Positions 40,606-55,823 of a stretch of DNA of 64,000 nt are shown one piece after another. The position numbers were made by a program, and so were the translations under genes. How positions within the stretch are numbered: the first letter of the stretch is position 1; each line of letters starts with the position of its first letter. The notes below the pieces were generated by a model that searched no databases, had not been told where the DNA came from, and was given only the letters and a program-made list of their open reading frames with translations. Location of the stretch: NCBI RefSeq assembly GCF_009914755.1, contig NC_060930.1. One strand, given 5' to 3'. Source of the stretch: the human T2T-CHM13v2.0 reference genome, Homo sapiens.

Positions 40606-40963
40606 TGTATTCATTTGTTTTCACACTGCTGATAAAGACATACCTGAGACTGGGCAATTTACAAAAAAAAAAAAGAGGTTTAATGGACTTACAGTTCCAC
40701 GTGGCTAGGAAGGCCTCACAATCATCGTGGAAGGCAAGGAGGAGCAAGTCACATCTTACATGGGTGGCAGCAGGCAAAAAGAGAGCCTGTGCAGGGAAAC
40801 TCCCCCTTATAAACCCATCAGATCTCATGAGACCCATTCACTATCACAAGAACAGCACAGGAAAGACCTGCCCCCATGATTCAATCACCTCCCACTGGGT
40901 CCCTCCCACAACACATGGCAATTTAAGATGAGATTTAGGTGGAGACACAGCCAAACCACATCA
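40606..40963 (-). mobile_element. THE1B solo LTR
   Basis: GCTGATAAAGACATACCTGAGACTGGG...GACACAGCCAAACCACATCA; perfect TSD GGAAT. Confidence 0.93.
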
Positions 40964-41219
40964 GGAATTAAATGAGACAATCTGCTTGAGCCATTCACCA
41001 CAGAAATTTGCATTGAATGATAAGTAAATGTTTGTGTGTGGAGTTCATAAAATAATAGCCAACATTTACTGAGCACTTACATACCGTGTAATGTTCTGTG
41101 TGTTTTACATATAAAAACTCATGTAATCCTCTTGACAGCCAGTGAGAGAATGCAAAAGGTTTAGCCAACTATGAACAAAAGAACTAACTGTGAAATTAGA
41201 AGGAATAATGTCCTCATTT

Positions 41220-42043
<824 letters not shown>

Positions 42044-42045
42044 GT

Positions 42046-42195
42046 TAATATTATTCCCATTTGATAGAGGAAGAAACTGAAGCACAGAAAGGTTAAGAAA
42101 CTTGCCTAAGAACTCCTTGCTGGTACGTGAGAGAGCCAGGATTCTAAACCAGGCAGCCTTCCTCTGGGATCTCTAAACATTTCTCCTTGCTGCCT
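42046..42195 (-). mobile_element. MIR (continues the piece at about 41050-41145)
   Basis: TATTATTCCCATTTGATAGAGGAAGAAACTGAAGCACAGAAAGGTTAAGAAACTTGCCTAAG. Confidence 0.82.
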
Positions 42196-43161
42196 AAAAA
42201 TAGGTTCATTGACTCTGCTGAAATCAGACTGACTGCTGGTAAATGTTAGGACCTGGTTTGAATCTGGGTGGATCTGATTCAGGAGGTCTTCATCTTTCCA
42301 TTTTCCTCTGGTTTTTCCTTACAAAAACATGAGAGCCTCACTGAACACCGTCTAAAAGGCTCTTGCGTCTCATGGATGAAGTACTAATAACCCATATTGG
42401 GTTCTGCCTCTGGCAAACTGAGCCATGCTGAGCATCAGTATCTATCTCAAAAGTACTTGTTTGTGGTCTCCTGGGAGTGTCTTATGACTATTGAGAGTCA
42501 ATGGAGTTTTTATGAGCCTCGAAAATAATATTATCCATGGGGCTAATAATTCTGCATTATTTCTGCAGGGAAAAAAACAGAAAACTCCTACCAGTACATA
42601 CCAATATCTGCAAGTAAAGTTAAAAACAAGGGAGGATATTGATAGTCATGTGCCCTAAGTATGGAAATAGAGCTAGGGTTTGCCGCTGTTTGCATAGAGT
42701 ACGTCACAATGGAACACATAAGGGCCTTCCTTCCTCCCATATTTTTGAAGGCACAGTTTTATGTTTCAGGAGGCTGTCTCCAGTACCCTCAAATATAGGG
42801 TGTAATTAGAGACACCAAGCTATAGCTTGTTGCTTTAAAGACTATGTCTCAGTTGCTCATCAGGGCTCGCTGGTTTTGCCAGTAGTGGGAGGAGATCAAC
42901 ACCTTCATCACCAGCACCCTCAGAGAACAGCTTTTCTGGGTAACCACTGCAAACAGAGAGGGATCACTGATGAAACCCAAAGGGGCGGGCATCTCCCACC
43001 CACAGATCAGCTTTGCTGATGTAAAAGGCCAGCTCATCCTGAGCCACGAGTCAAGCTCTATGAGTTCCGTTACCTGAATACTTGTTGAATCAAGGCAAAA
43101 AATAGGTGTGCTTCATCCTCCACTTCCTATCCAACCTCATCAGTTAGGTGAATTTCTCCTT

Positions 43162-43245
43162 CATCAGAATCTCAGAGTAAGGCATGAGCAACCATATTTT
43201 TAAAAGTCCCACAGGAGATCCTGAAGCACAGCAAATGTCAAGAAT
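43162..43245. mobile_element. MER5 fragment
   Basis: ATCAGAATCTC...ATTTTTAAAAGTCCCACAGGAGATCCTGAAGCACAGC. Confidence 0.5.
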
Positions 43246-45106
43246 ATAATAGATCAGAAATTATGCCATTTTAAACATTTTTCAAAAAAATTGAAACAAA
43301 ACAACCCTGTCACCTAATACTAGTTTTCAGCATCGTGGGCAGGTTCATTCTTTAGAGGGAAATGAAATGACCAACCCCCACTTATATTTAATTTTGGTTT
43401 GTAAGAGGGGCTGTTTGTGTTAATTAAAAGTAAAGTATATAATTATATAGGATGAATATGTTAAAAATTAGGGTAAGTTTACCACAAAGTAATTTGATTG
43501 TCACTTGTAAATACATTGCAGTTTTTACAGTGTTTTCACCTGAGATGTTAATGACCACAGCAGAAGAAAATCCTAAAGCTACATCCAGGTATAGAGTTGT
43601 CCTTTGACTTGTACACCTTCTGTGGGGACAAAAGGTTGGTTTGAAGCTCTTTCCTCAATACACTGTCAGTAACATAGTGACGGAATGATCAGTTATTAAG
43701 TATTCCTCGACGACGACGATATTGGATATCCAGGCTGGGTTTTAAGTCCTTTCATGTTGTAGGAAAGAAACAAGCTTGGGTTACTGAAGTTATTATGAAC
43801 CTAGTAGGGGGATGCATGGACATAAAACCAGCCAGGCACCTCACAGCCAGGCCTCGTGGAGGGGTGAACATTGTTCATTGTCGCAGCCAGGACAGGACAG
43901 TAGCTCCTTTCATCTGACAGTAGTTCTGGAAAGCCAATAACAACTTAGATAGCCTCCCAAGTTCAACACTTAGCTCTCCAATCTCTGCTCCTTTTTCTTC
44001 CAGAATGGACTTCCTACTGCACTACCAGTACATGGTTTCTCCACTGTTACAGACGACCCCTCTCCTGATAGTTTGCGTTACTCAGAGCCTCTACTGTCTT
44101 CTGGCTTCTGCCTACTTCCTTCTTGTGTCTTTTGCTTCAACCCCCCCTATGTTTGCTGATGCCCTATGTGTGTTTCATATGTAAAGCCTCTAAAAGAAAG
44201 AATGTGATTGGGGTCACCAGTCATAATTCCGTATTATGCACCTCCATTGGGCATGTAGTGAATCAAGGAGGTCACCCTAGGGGCCACTACCTGCCTGCAG
44301 AAGGCTGTCTTTGGATCAAGCCCTGGCTCCTTGTCCAGCTGGCTTTGACCAGGAAAGTGGAATACTGAGATGTACAGCCGTGGCAAGCAATGCACAAGAA
44401 ATCTAGAAAAAGGAAACTGCATGTGTGGCAGGCACCATGGGGCCTCTAAGCATGGTGGCCTGCCCGGAGCAAGGCAGACCACTTTGGCATCCCTGCTGGT
44501 TGAGCCCAGGCGTGGTCCCCTGTCTTGGCCTAGCAGGTGCATGGGCCCTAGGGCTCAGTCACTCTTCTCCATGATTGTGATCACTTGTGTCTTCTTTCCT
44601 TCTCAAGGCTGGCCCTGGAATAGGAAGCAGCTCTTTATGTTATTCCACACCTTTCTTCTGTGGAATCTCCTGGAAGAATTACATGATTTTTACGTTTTAA
44701 ATGTTTTCATGCCACTTACTCTGATCTGAGCATGGGATAACTAAAATGCCAATGGGCAAGTTATAAATTTCAAAGATTTCCTATGAGTAGTTTATATTGA
44801 AATCTAAACATTTTTAATAAAAAATATATCCACATGTAAATCTCCAGAACCTATGAAAATAACCTATTATGGCAAAAGAGTGATTATTAACATATGTGGC
44901 ATAAAGGCACAATTAAGTTCAGGATCTTGAGAGGAGTTTATTCTGGATTACCTGGGTGGGCCCCAAATGCCATCACAGGTGTCCTTGTATAAGAAAGGCA
45001 GAGAGAAGTTAGACACACATTGAGCAGGGGCAGAGGCAGGATGACCACAGAGACAGAGATTGGAGTGACGCCGCTACAAGCCAAGGACTTCCAGCAGCCT
45101 CTAGAT

Positions 45107-45324
45107 CAAGCTTGTCCAACCCACAGCCCATGGGCCACTTGCGGCCCAGGACAGCTTTGAATGCACCCCAACACAAATTTGTATGCTTTCTTAAAATATT
45201 ATGACGGGTTGTTTTTTTGCGATTTATTTTTTATCATCAGCAATCATTAGTGTATTTTATGTGTGGCCTAAGACAATCATTTTTCCAATGTGGCCCAAGG
45301 AAGCCAAAAGATTAGACACCTCTG
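45107..45324 (-). mobile_element. MER30
   Basis: CAAGCTTGTCCAACC...AAGCCAAAAGATTAGACACCTCTG; perfect TSD CTCTAGAT. Confidence 0.93.
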
Positions 45325-45431
45325 CTCTAGATGCTGGAAGAGGCAATCAAGAATTCTCCCCCTGGAGACTTCGGAGGGACTGCAGCCCTGCCACCACCTT
45401 AATTTCATGTTTTTATCTTCCAGAACTGTGA

Positions 45432-45779
<348 letters not shown>

Positions 45780-46435
45780 TAGAACAGCCCTAAGAAATCA
45801 ATTCACATACTTTCTTAACTGACCCATGGAAGTCTCCAGAGCTCTTATCTTGAAAACAAACACACCTGACACTGTTTGCAAACTAGATTGGACTCTTCAA
45901 ATTTTGGCCTGGGGTAGAGGGTAACACCTTGACCAAGCCTTCTGAGGTCACTGGGCTGTAAGCTCTGGGAGAACAGCACTGTGCTGCCTATTATGGGTGC
46001 ATAATACCTATTTGCTGAATGAATAAATAAATTCACTGGCCTGCTGTTTTTTTCAGGTTCTGTTTACCTAGATTCCTCTGGCCCCAGATGGTACTGCACT
46101 TTCAAGCTGCAACTTTTCTGGCCATTTTGGAGTCCCATCCTGGTCCTTGGCCTTTTACCATTCTTTCCACTGTTCTTCCTCCCACCATCTACATCTACAC
46201 GCTGGATAAGAAAGACAATCTGCCCTCCCTTTTGTTTGCTTTAAATGAAGCAAACTATTGTTTCCCAGATAAATTCCATTACATCTTCTCTCCATTGATA
46301 TGCTCCATTTCTTCATCTCCAAAGCTTAATCAAACTCCATCCCCCAGATAGTAAGTCTTCTTTTGGAATTTTCATGCCGCTTTGTCCCTTTCGCGTATCA
46401 CTTATTTGTCTCTTGGAAAGCAGATATTTATGTGA

Positions 46436-46869
<434 letters not shown>

Positions 46870-47056
46870 TAAATGGAAAATGAGGATGGGGGGAGGCCAA
46901 GAGTGGGGAAATTTTTCATAAATTCCTTAATATACTATGAAGTTAAGAAGGTACATAAAATTCCTCTGAAACAACATTAGGGGCCCTGTTGAACTGGTTG
47001 TGGGCTAACCCGAACATGTATGAGTAAGGTCAGAATGGTTAGATGTCTACGTTTGG

Positions 47057-47598
47057 TTAGATCGTTTTCTGTTTTGCCCCATAACAAATCACCACAAATT
47101 TAGCAGCTTAAAACAACGCACATTTATCATTTCACGATTTCTGTAGATCAGGATTTCAGACAGGCCTAGCTAGGTCTTCTGTTTTAGAGGTTCTCAAAGT
47201 ACAATCAAAATACCAGCCAGGATTGGCATCTTATCTGAGGGATTGACCGGGGAAAGATCTGCTTCCAAGTGCACATGGCTGTTGGCAGGTTTCAGCTCTT
47301 CAAAGGCTGTTGGATTGAGGGCCTCAGTTTCTAGCTGGCTTTTGGCCAGAGGATGCCCCTTCAGTTCTTGCTATGTCGGCCTCCCCACATGGCTGTTTGC
47401 TTCATCAAAGCCAAGGGAGGACACTCGCTAGCAAAACAGAAGCCACAATCATTTCTAGCCTAAATGTAGAAGCGACATCCTATCACTTTCACAATGTTCT
47501 GTAGGTTAGAAGCAAGTCACTAGGCCAGCCGCACTCGAGGGCATGAATACCGAGCACTTGGAATCATTGAAAAACATCTTACAATCTGGTCTGTCACA
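47057..47598 (-). mobile_element. MLT1F-like solo LTR
   Basis: CATAACAAATCACCACAAATTTAGCAGCTTAAAACAAC; GATCTGCTTCCAAG; GGTTAGAAGCAAGTCACTAGGCCAGCC. Confidence 0.85.
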
Positions 47599-49122
47599 CC
47601 TGGTAACAACCATAGGCATTTCCTAAGTATTGAATGGGTCATGTTCTAAAAATTTCTTGCTCAGTTGGAACTAAGAACTCAGTATGATTTTCTTTATACA
47701 AACAATGAAGTTAGGTTTCTGACCTTACCACCTAAATAAGACCCATTTTACCTAAAATATATCAAATATCATGCTAACCAAATCCCTCTAACCAACATTT
47801 ATTTATTCCATTGTTATTCTGTGAAAAATGGTTTCCAAATTTCAAGTTGGAGTCCTGGCACAAATGTTTCAGTTAATTTGTCTTCAGCATAGCCATGCAG
47901 GGAAGTTAGGAGCTTTATACCTCCGCCATCAGTAACTCATTAACTGTTTCCCACAGTGCATATAAATAGATTATTCCTAAACAAAATATGTATCATGAGC
48001 TGATGGTCACCAAGGATGCATTTACTGTGTAGTTATTCTATGAAGTCCTCGGTTTTTGCACTGAAAATCTAAATGTTTAAACAAGGAGAGTAAATCATTT
48101 TCAGTTTTTCAGAATGTGTAATTCAAGGAAGCATTTCAAACCGTCTTCAAATTCTTAAAACTAAACAGAAACTTCCACTCCAACAACACTTAATCCCCTA
48201 TCACGAAGTTACTGGTCTTGGTTTGTTTACATTGAATCTCATGGGTTAGTAAAAACGCCACCTCCTTTCCCTACAGCACAATATGAAAGAATCTCCCTAT
48301 TAGGCTGGCAGTAGAAATTCTTTTGAATTTTTAGATTCATCAAAGACTGACCCTTTCTCTTTTTGAAGTCTTCTCTCGCTTCCTAGCTATCAGGGAGTGC
48401 TTTGAACTCAGCTCCCACGGACCGTTTCCTCTTCAAAGGCTTGCTCCCTTCTGTGCAGGGAGAAAGCGCCTTTTCAAAGTGGTGGGTTCCTGCCTTTTGT
48501 GGGTCTGTTGGAGTACACAGCAATAAACAAAAATAATAATAAGCAGCAGTAGCAGTTCTTGGTAATTACAGAGAGATCTGGGGAAAATGTGGAAAGCAAA
48601 GAAAGCCACTTTGCAACATGACTTAGAGGAAAGGGTGTTAAACATGCTTGATTCTCAGTTGTACTGAAGCTTTCTGTAACCTGCAAGAAGCAGGGAGGGG
48701 CATCTAAAGTGGTCCCTCCTCAGGTGGACATTTTGGCCCAGGTGGGCATCCTGGAGGCATCATGACAAATTTAAAACAACTTAAGTTATTTAAATGAGAC
48801 TCTTCCCTGGACACTTGAACAGTTAGATCCCACCGCGAGGCAAAGTCCTAGACATCCTGGGGGTGTCTCTGCTTTGTTTTATCTGCAAACACAACCCGAA
48901 GCATGAACTTCTTTTTCTTCTTTTCCATCTTTTGTTTTGTTTTGTTTTTAGATATTGACTCATGGACTATTGAGTTGATTCTGTTCCCCCCTACCCCCGC
49001 AAGTCACTGACTTAGATAATATACAATTGTAGCTCTAATGAAGTGTTTATTATTTTGTTTCCTAAGGAAGATATTACTAGAGTTGTGATGCTTTGTGAGG
49101 CACTTAAAAATAGCCTCTTCTT

Positions 49123-49431
49123 GGCCAGGCACAGTGGTTCACGCTTGTATTCCTAGCAAGCGTGGTGGCCAAGACAGGCAGATTGCTTCAGCCCAGGAGT
49201 TTGAGACCAGCCTGGGCAACATGGCAAAACCCCGTCTCTACAAATAATAATAGTAGTAATAATTAGCCAGGCATGGTGGTGTGTGGTAGTGGGACTACTA
49301 CAGCTGTAGTCCCAGCTGTCGGGAGGCTGAGGTGGGAGGATCACCTGAGCCCCAGGAGGTTAAGGCTGCAGTGAGCCCATGATCATTCTGCTGCACTCCA
49401 GCCTGAGTGACAGTGAGAACCTGTCTCAAAA
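49123..49431 (+). mobile_element. AluJ
   Basis: GCCCAGGAGTTTGAGACCAGCCTGGGCAAC and GGTGGGAGGATCACCTGAGCCC J-type diagnostics; decayed tail. Confidence 0.93.
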
Positions 49432-49641
49432 GATTCTCCTCATTCTAGAAGTTTCTGATTCTGTAATCTTAGGTAAACTCTCACATAAGAACATCATCCA
49501 GCATGACTGCATAGAAGAGCCCCTTACTTTGCTTCGTAATACACAACAGTTCAGGTATGGAACAGCAGGGGCCTGCAGTTAGCAACAATAATTGAGCCAC
49601 CCTCTTCTCTGTAACTGAAAATGGTTCTTTCAGTTATGAGG

Positions 49642-50024
49642 TATATTGTTCTGCTAAGGCTGCCATAACAAAAGACCACAGACTAGGTGGCTTAAACAAC
49701 AGAAATTTGTTTTCCCACGTATCTGGAGGCTGGAAGCCCAAGATCAAGGTGTTGGCAGGTTTGGTTTCTCCTGAGGCCTCGATTCTTGGCTGGCGGATGG
49801 TGTTTTCTCCTCCTGTCCTCATGTGGCCTCTTCTTTGTGTAAGCATGCCCCTGGTGTCTCTGTCTTGTCCTATAAAGTTACCAGCCCTATTGCATTAGGG
49901 CCCCACTCTTATGACCTTGCCTAAGCTTAATTGCTTTTTTAAAGGTTCTAGCTCCAAATATAGTCACTGTGGGGGTTAATGCTTCACCATATGAATTTTG
50001 GGGAACACAATTCAGTTCATAATA
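49642..50024 (-). mobile_element. MLT1A/B solo LTR
   Basis: GGCTGCCATAACAAAAGACCACAGACTAGGTGGCTTAAACAACAGAAATTT...GGGAACACAATTCAG; TSD TGAGG/TGGGG. Confidence 0.9.
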
Positions 50025-50029
50025 TGGGG

Positions 50030-50160
50030 TCACCCACATTATCCATGGGTGGATTGGAGGTCATAAATATTTTCTGAAAATGTGTATATGAGAGTATATG
50101 CCTATATGGATTTTTCTGGAGAGAGGGATCACACTCTATGGAAATTTGAGGGGATTCTAA
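50030..50160. mobile_element. MER103C-like fragment
   Basis: ATTTTTCTGGAGAGAGGGATCACA resembles the recalled MER103C motif. Confidence 0.4.
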
Positions 50161-53136
50161 AAGATAGGAAATATAAATTTATATTAACTTAATTATTTTT
50201 CTAGGTGTGATGTTATATGCTAATCCTTTCACAAAGAGTCTGTCATCCTATAACCCTGTTGCTCTTTTCTCTCTCAATTTTGAGATACTCTGTTTTGCAG
50301 AATATCTGTTTTACAAATCATTAATCTTTCAAAAGATTAAGGAGTGGTTGAAGAACATGTTTTCCTATCCTGAGTTGTCTAAAATTATGACATAGTTATT
50401 TTCATTATTGTACAGTTTTGGAGTCTTCCTTTACAAATGGTGGCTTAGGTGCTTGAGCAAATATATAAAACTTTATAAATCAAATTTCTGAGCTAGATAA
50501 ACAGAATCCAAATTCAAAAGTAACTGAGATAAATTTTAGGGCAAAAATAAATTAGAATAAACAGAAGTAAACTTCCCAACATAGGCAGTGTTGTTTAAGT
50601 CTATGTAATGTGTAGAGGAAAGCAGTGAAAACAACTGGCTGGGAAATGGACACTATGATTAAAATCTAAGGAAAATTAGGATTTCTTAAGTGGAAAAAGA
50701 AAATCAATGATACTTTAAAAGTTCCTCCAACCTCTTGTTTTCTCTCCTTCCCTTCTAAGTCTACAGTTTTATTTATGTCATATCATAGGCTGGTTTCTGG
50801 GGCTACAACTTTTACTGTACATTATGCTACTGACTTCTTAAACTCGAACGTTGGCTGTTCATTTGCCATCAGTAAATTTTATTTTGTCAGGTTTAGACAT
50901 TTTTCTTGCACAGTGATTTTCAAATGTTTCTTTAGTTATTGAACCCTAAATCCAAACAAAATCTTCCATGGACATCGAGCAGATAAAAATGGAACCGTTA
51001 CAGCTGAAATAGGGTGGGAAAGGATCTTACTGAAATAAACATATACTATCAATATGGCATTTGCCTAATCCAGTGTATACTTTATATATATGATTCCCCA
51101 CTTCATTGGCAGTTTGTAGCAAATTCTTATTTTCTTTGTTTGGCACTCTCTAGATTTTGACACATTAGAAGAAAAAATAAAGTTATATTATTTTAAAAAC
51201 AGTCCAAATTAGCTGGAAGATACTTATTTTCTCTGACTCTTGTAAAAATGTCAGTAGGGTAAAAATGTCAATAGGGGATGCAAAAATTAAGACAACATAC
51301 ATGTCCTTTTCTTCATTTTATGACAATGGTGAGGAGGAGGCTAGAAATCTTAAATGATATAATTGGCTTTGGAAGCATTTTTAAGCTTTAGTCTCATTTG
51401 TCCATAAAGCATGCAGCTAGAGTCACAGAATCTACACATTTAAGATATCTTATGGCTTTCCAGTGAATGGCTATTTCTGAAGGAATCACGTCAAAGCTCC
51501 CATGTCATTTTTGCTGAAGTCACTGTGTCAATTGCAAAGGCAGCTGGCGCTCCCACTGCCTCCGTCCATGCCCGATGGCTTTCATGGAGCACTCCAAGAT
51601 CCTGTGGTCTCATCCATTCCTGGAGTCAAGAACACCTGAATCACTAAAATAAAATGAGGTTTGAAATGTGGTGTTTACTATTTAGAGTGATCTTAAATAT
51701 TTACAAGTAGCATAACTTTGTAAAAAAAACAAAAACAAAACAAAAACAAAAAAAAATTGTTATTCAGGGACCTTCTCGAACAAATGAGGAAATCTTTAAA
51801 AATCAAATTAAACTTCTGAAATTAGTACAAATAAACGCTTGTGAATCTTTAGGATTTTCAGTGGAAATACACAGTGAATTTTTGTATGTGTATATGTGTT
51901 TGAACGGTTATAGTTAAGCATTTATATTTTTACAGAAGGCTTTATGCCTGCTTTTTTTGGTTTCTTGTTTGTTTGGTTTGGTTTTGGTTCTTTGTTTTGT
52001 TTTATTTTAGTTCTCACAACATTTCCAACCCTAAATGGCTCAGCAAATAAAGTTGCCGTGTTTTATGTTATTTGCCTCAGGTCATGCAGAGGTTTTTAGC
52101 CAGGGTGTTTTTAATCTGCTGTTTTAACCTGTCAGCGCATCATTGTTGGGTCTTGGGTCATCTGTGAAGTTCTAGGTGCTGTGCTAAGGGCCTTGGAGAC
52201 AGAAATATAAGTCATGAGTTCTAATTCTCACTTTTTTCAATACTATATGTGGAGGATGGAGACAGTTCTAAAAGTATGCACTTGAGTGAGAGGCTGAGAC
52301 CCCCCTAAAGTTTGTCACTTCCTGCCACCCTCAGGCTCAGCATATCCCTGCACAGTGGCTAGTTCTTTTTCTAACTGGGATTTCAAAAGTTAAAGAGGAG
52401 GAAGGGAAAGGAACAGAAACTAATAACTACTGAATGCCTGTTATAAGCCAACCTGATGCCCAGAGTCCTCCAATTGAATCCATGGTATCAACAGTATTTG
52501 AATCTAGGTATCCCTACTGACAAAGGCCGGACATTTCTCACTAGAATTAACCATTTCTATAAAATGCTAAAGAAGGGCAGTCCCCAGTTTCCTCACCTGT
52601 AAAATGAAGACAAAAGCCTTCCACCCTGTCTCATCTGTCACTAAATGGGAGACTATTGATTGTGGCTGAACAAATTCAAATGAGCTCATGTTCATTCAGC
52701 CTCTTCATGAATTTTGTGAACAATCACCAGCATATTATAATTCAAATCATCAGTAGAATTGTTTGTACTGATTCAGCAATGCTGATTGTATGTGATTCCA
52801 ATGCAAAAATTTCTTCTTAGCCACTGCTAACACTAAAGAGAGCAATATCTTCCATTCTTACCCATATCCTTTTGCAAAACTCACAAAATTTTTGTTTAAA
52901 GATTTTTCTTCTTGCAAATGCTTCTGACTGCAGCCTCTGCCAGCTAATGGAGGTATTTTATGGGCTTTATTGGCAGAGAGAGAATCAAGGAGGGGCATGA
53001 AGTAGAATAGAGAAAGAAACCAAGGAAGGAACTAGCACAGTTGAGGCAAAGAGACATTTTGAAGAGTATAAATGAAAGCTTAACTTGAAAATAATTTGAG
53101 GAACAATTGTGAAAAAAGTCTTATATTCTAGACCCA

Positions 53137-53668
53137 CCCCCTGTCAAAACTGAGGTTGAAATTTGGTCCCCTCTGTGTTGGTGTTGGAAGATGTGGTCTA
53201 ATGGGAGGTGTTTGGGTTATGGGGATGGACCCTCATGAATAGATGGATGTCCTCGTGCAGGAATGGATTAGTTACCATGAGAGCAGTCAGACTCTTTTTA
53301 ACAATCTGCTCTCATGGGAACCACATCCAAACCATAGCAGAGGTCAACAGAGACCTTGGCAAAACCATTTCCAGCAGATGATGGGGGCAGAAGACAAAAG
53401 GGCAGTGGATCCTCTTAGCCCATATATCCAATCTAAACTCTTGGGTCTAGAATTTGACTTCCTCTCTCTTCATGTGATCTCTTTGCACACATCCACTTCC
53501 ACTTCTGCTTTCTGCCATGAGTGAAGGCAGCATGAGGTCCTTATCAGATGCAGCTACCCAATTTTGGACTTTCCAGCCACCAGAATTGTGAGCCAAATAA
53601 ACCTCTTTTCTTTATAAAATACTCAGCCTTGGGTATTATGTTATAGCAACACAAAACAGACTAAGACA
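53137..53668 (+). mobile_element. MSTB-like solo LTR, internally rearranged
   Basis: GTTGAAATTTGGTCCCC...GGGAGGTGTTTGGG; GAGCCAAATAAACCTC...ACAGACTAAGACA; its 5' end appears inverted at 53322-53339. Confidence 0.9.
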
Positions 53669-54150
53669 ACCTGCATTTGCCAGAACATCAATAGACATTT
53701 TTTAGTCCTAATTTTGCCTTTTCAGCAGCATTACATGCCATAGACCACTCTCTCCTTTTATTTTCTTCCCCTTGTCTTCCCTGATACTACACTTTCTGGT
53801 TTTCCTTTCATCTCTTTGGCTACTTTCTCTACTATGCATTGCGGGCTCATCTCTTCTGCCATCTAGCCATTAAACATGGAGTCCTTCAAGGTTTTTTCTT
53901 GGGCCCTGTTTTGGTCTTAATATATATGTATGCCTTTCTTTTAAATGAGCGTATTCACAATTATAGCTGCATTTATCACCTAGCTAAGAATTCTTTTACA
54001 AGCTCCAGACTCTCATTAAGTTGAACATCAAAAAGTTTTCTCATTCCTTGCGTGCTCATAACCAAAATTGGGAACGTACCCCCAAACTTAGTTCACTGCT
54101 AGTGTTCCCTGTTCAGTTTTACCAGCCAGAAACCCAAAGGGAAGTCAGGA
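53669..54150 (+). mobile_element. L2 fragment (host of MSTB)
   Basis: CAATAGACATTTTTTAGTCCT...TCAGCAGCATT...GACCACTCTCTCC. Confidence 0.7.
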
Positions 54151-54293
54151 ATGACTCTCAATGTTTCATATGAGCAATTAGTTGGGCAGTGGATAGGGAG
54201 CACTAGGAGAGCAGTAGCGGGGCACAATAGCTGATCATAAATTTAGTTTTGGACTTACTGCATTTGAGTTGCCTAAAAGTTTTAGTATCATAA

Positions 54294-54710
<417 letters not shown>

Positions 54711-54989
54711 GGGTCTTCTGCTTCTTAAAGACACCTCCCCCTATCCCATCCAACTTCTTCAGTTCAGTATATATTGTTGTGTTTGGTGTTTATTAAATAA
54801 TTGGAATTTGAATCTATTCTCTGCTTTCCTTTGGAAACCAGTAAATTTTATTCATTCAGTTTTTCATTTATCCATGATAATAGATTCCCTGTTGGGTCCA
54901 CTTAGTTCCAAGATAACTCAAAAACCTGTGGGGTGCTGTGGTCGCAAGAAAGAATCAGGAAAAGACCATAGCTCAAGCAATAAAATGAT

Positions 54990-55215
54990 AACACAAACAT
55001 TGACTGAGCACTTACCTTGTGCCAGGTACTGTAGTGACTGTTTTACATACATTGCCTGGTTTACTTCAGCACCACACCATTAGGTATTTATTCCTTTTTA
55101 AGCCCATTTTATAGCTGTGAGAATTGAGGCTTAAATAAGTTAAATGTCTTCCCCAAGGTCACAAAGCTAGTGAGTGCAAAGCTAGAATTCCAACCCAGGT
55201 GTAACTTCAGTAACC
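54990..55215 (-). mobile_element. MIR SINE
   Basis: CTGAGCACTTACCTTGTGCCAGGTACTG...CCCAAGGTCACAAAGCTAGTGAGTG. Confidence 0.82.
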
Positions 55216-55406
55216 ACTGGGCTTCCCATCCCACAACTGCAAAAGCCTGCAATTCATTGAACAGTATATTTTGCTTAAAGAAGCCCTAATTCCCCTTCAC
55301 CCCCCCGCCATCCCTTTGCTCATTAAAATTAACAAACAAAAAGAATGTCTTTCTCTTTGGTTTCAGCTCTTTAGCTGGTGGGAAGAGGAGGAGAAATTAA
55401 AAGTAA

Positions 55407-55823
<417 letters not shown>

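Larger units (their letters stand above)
40222..41035 (+). mobile_element. MIR host interrupted by MER30 and THE1B
   Basis: MIR 5' (TAAAAGCAGAGGCTTT), core (CAGTTTCCTC) and 3' (GAATTAAATGAGACAAT) pieces flank the two inserts. Confidence 0.6.

Noticed and set aside
43692-43917. (CGA)4 at 43708-19 within an open frame of about 75 codons
   Set aside because: No ATG near its start, weak acceptor and unrecognised peptide; likely a short trinucleotide slip.
51722-52010. A-rich (CAAAA)n and T-rich (GTTTT)n tracts as an inverted repeat
   Set aside because: Complementarity comes only from low complexity.
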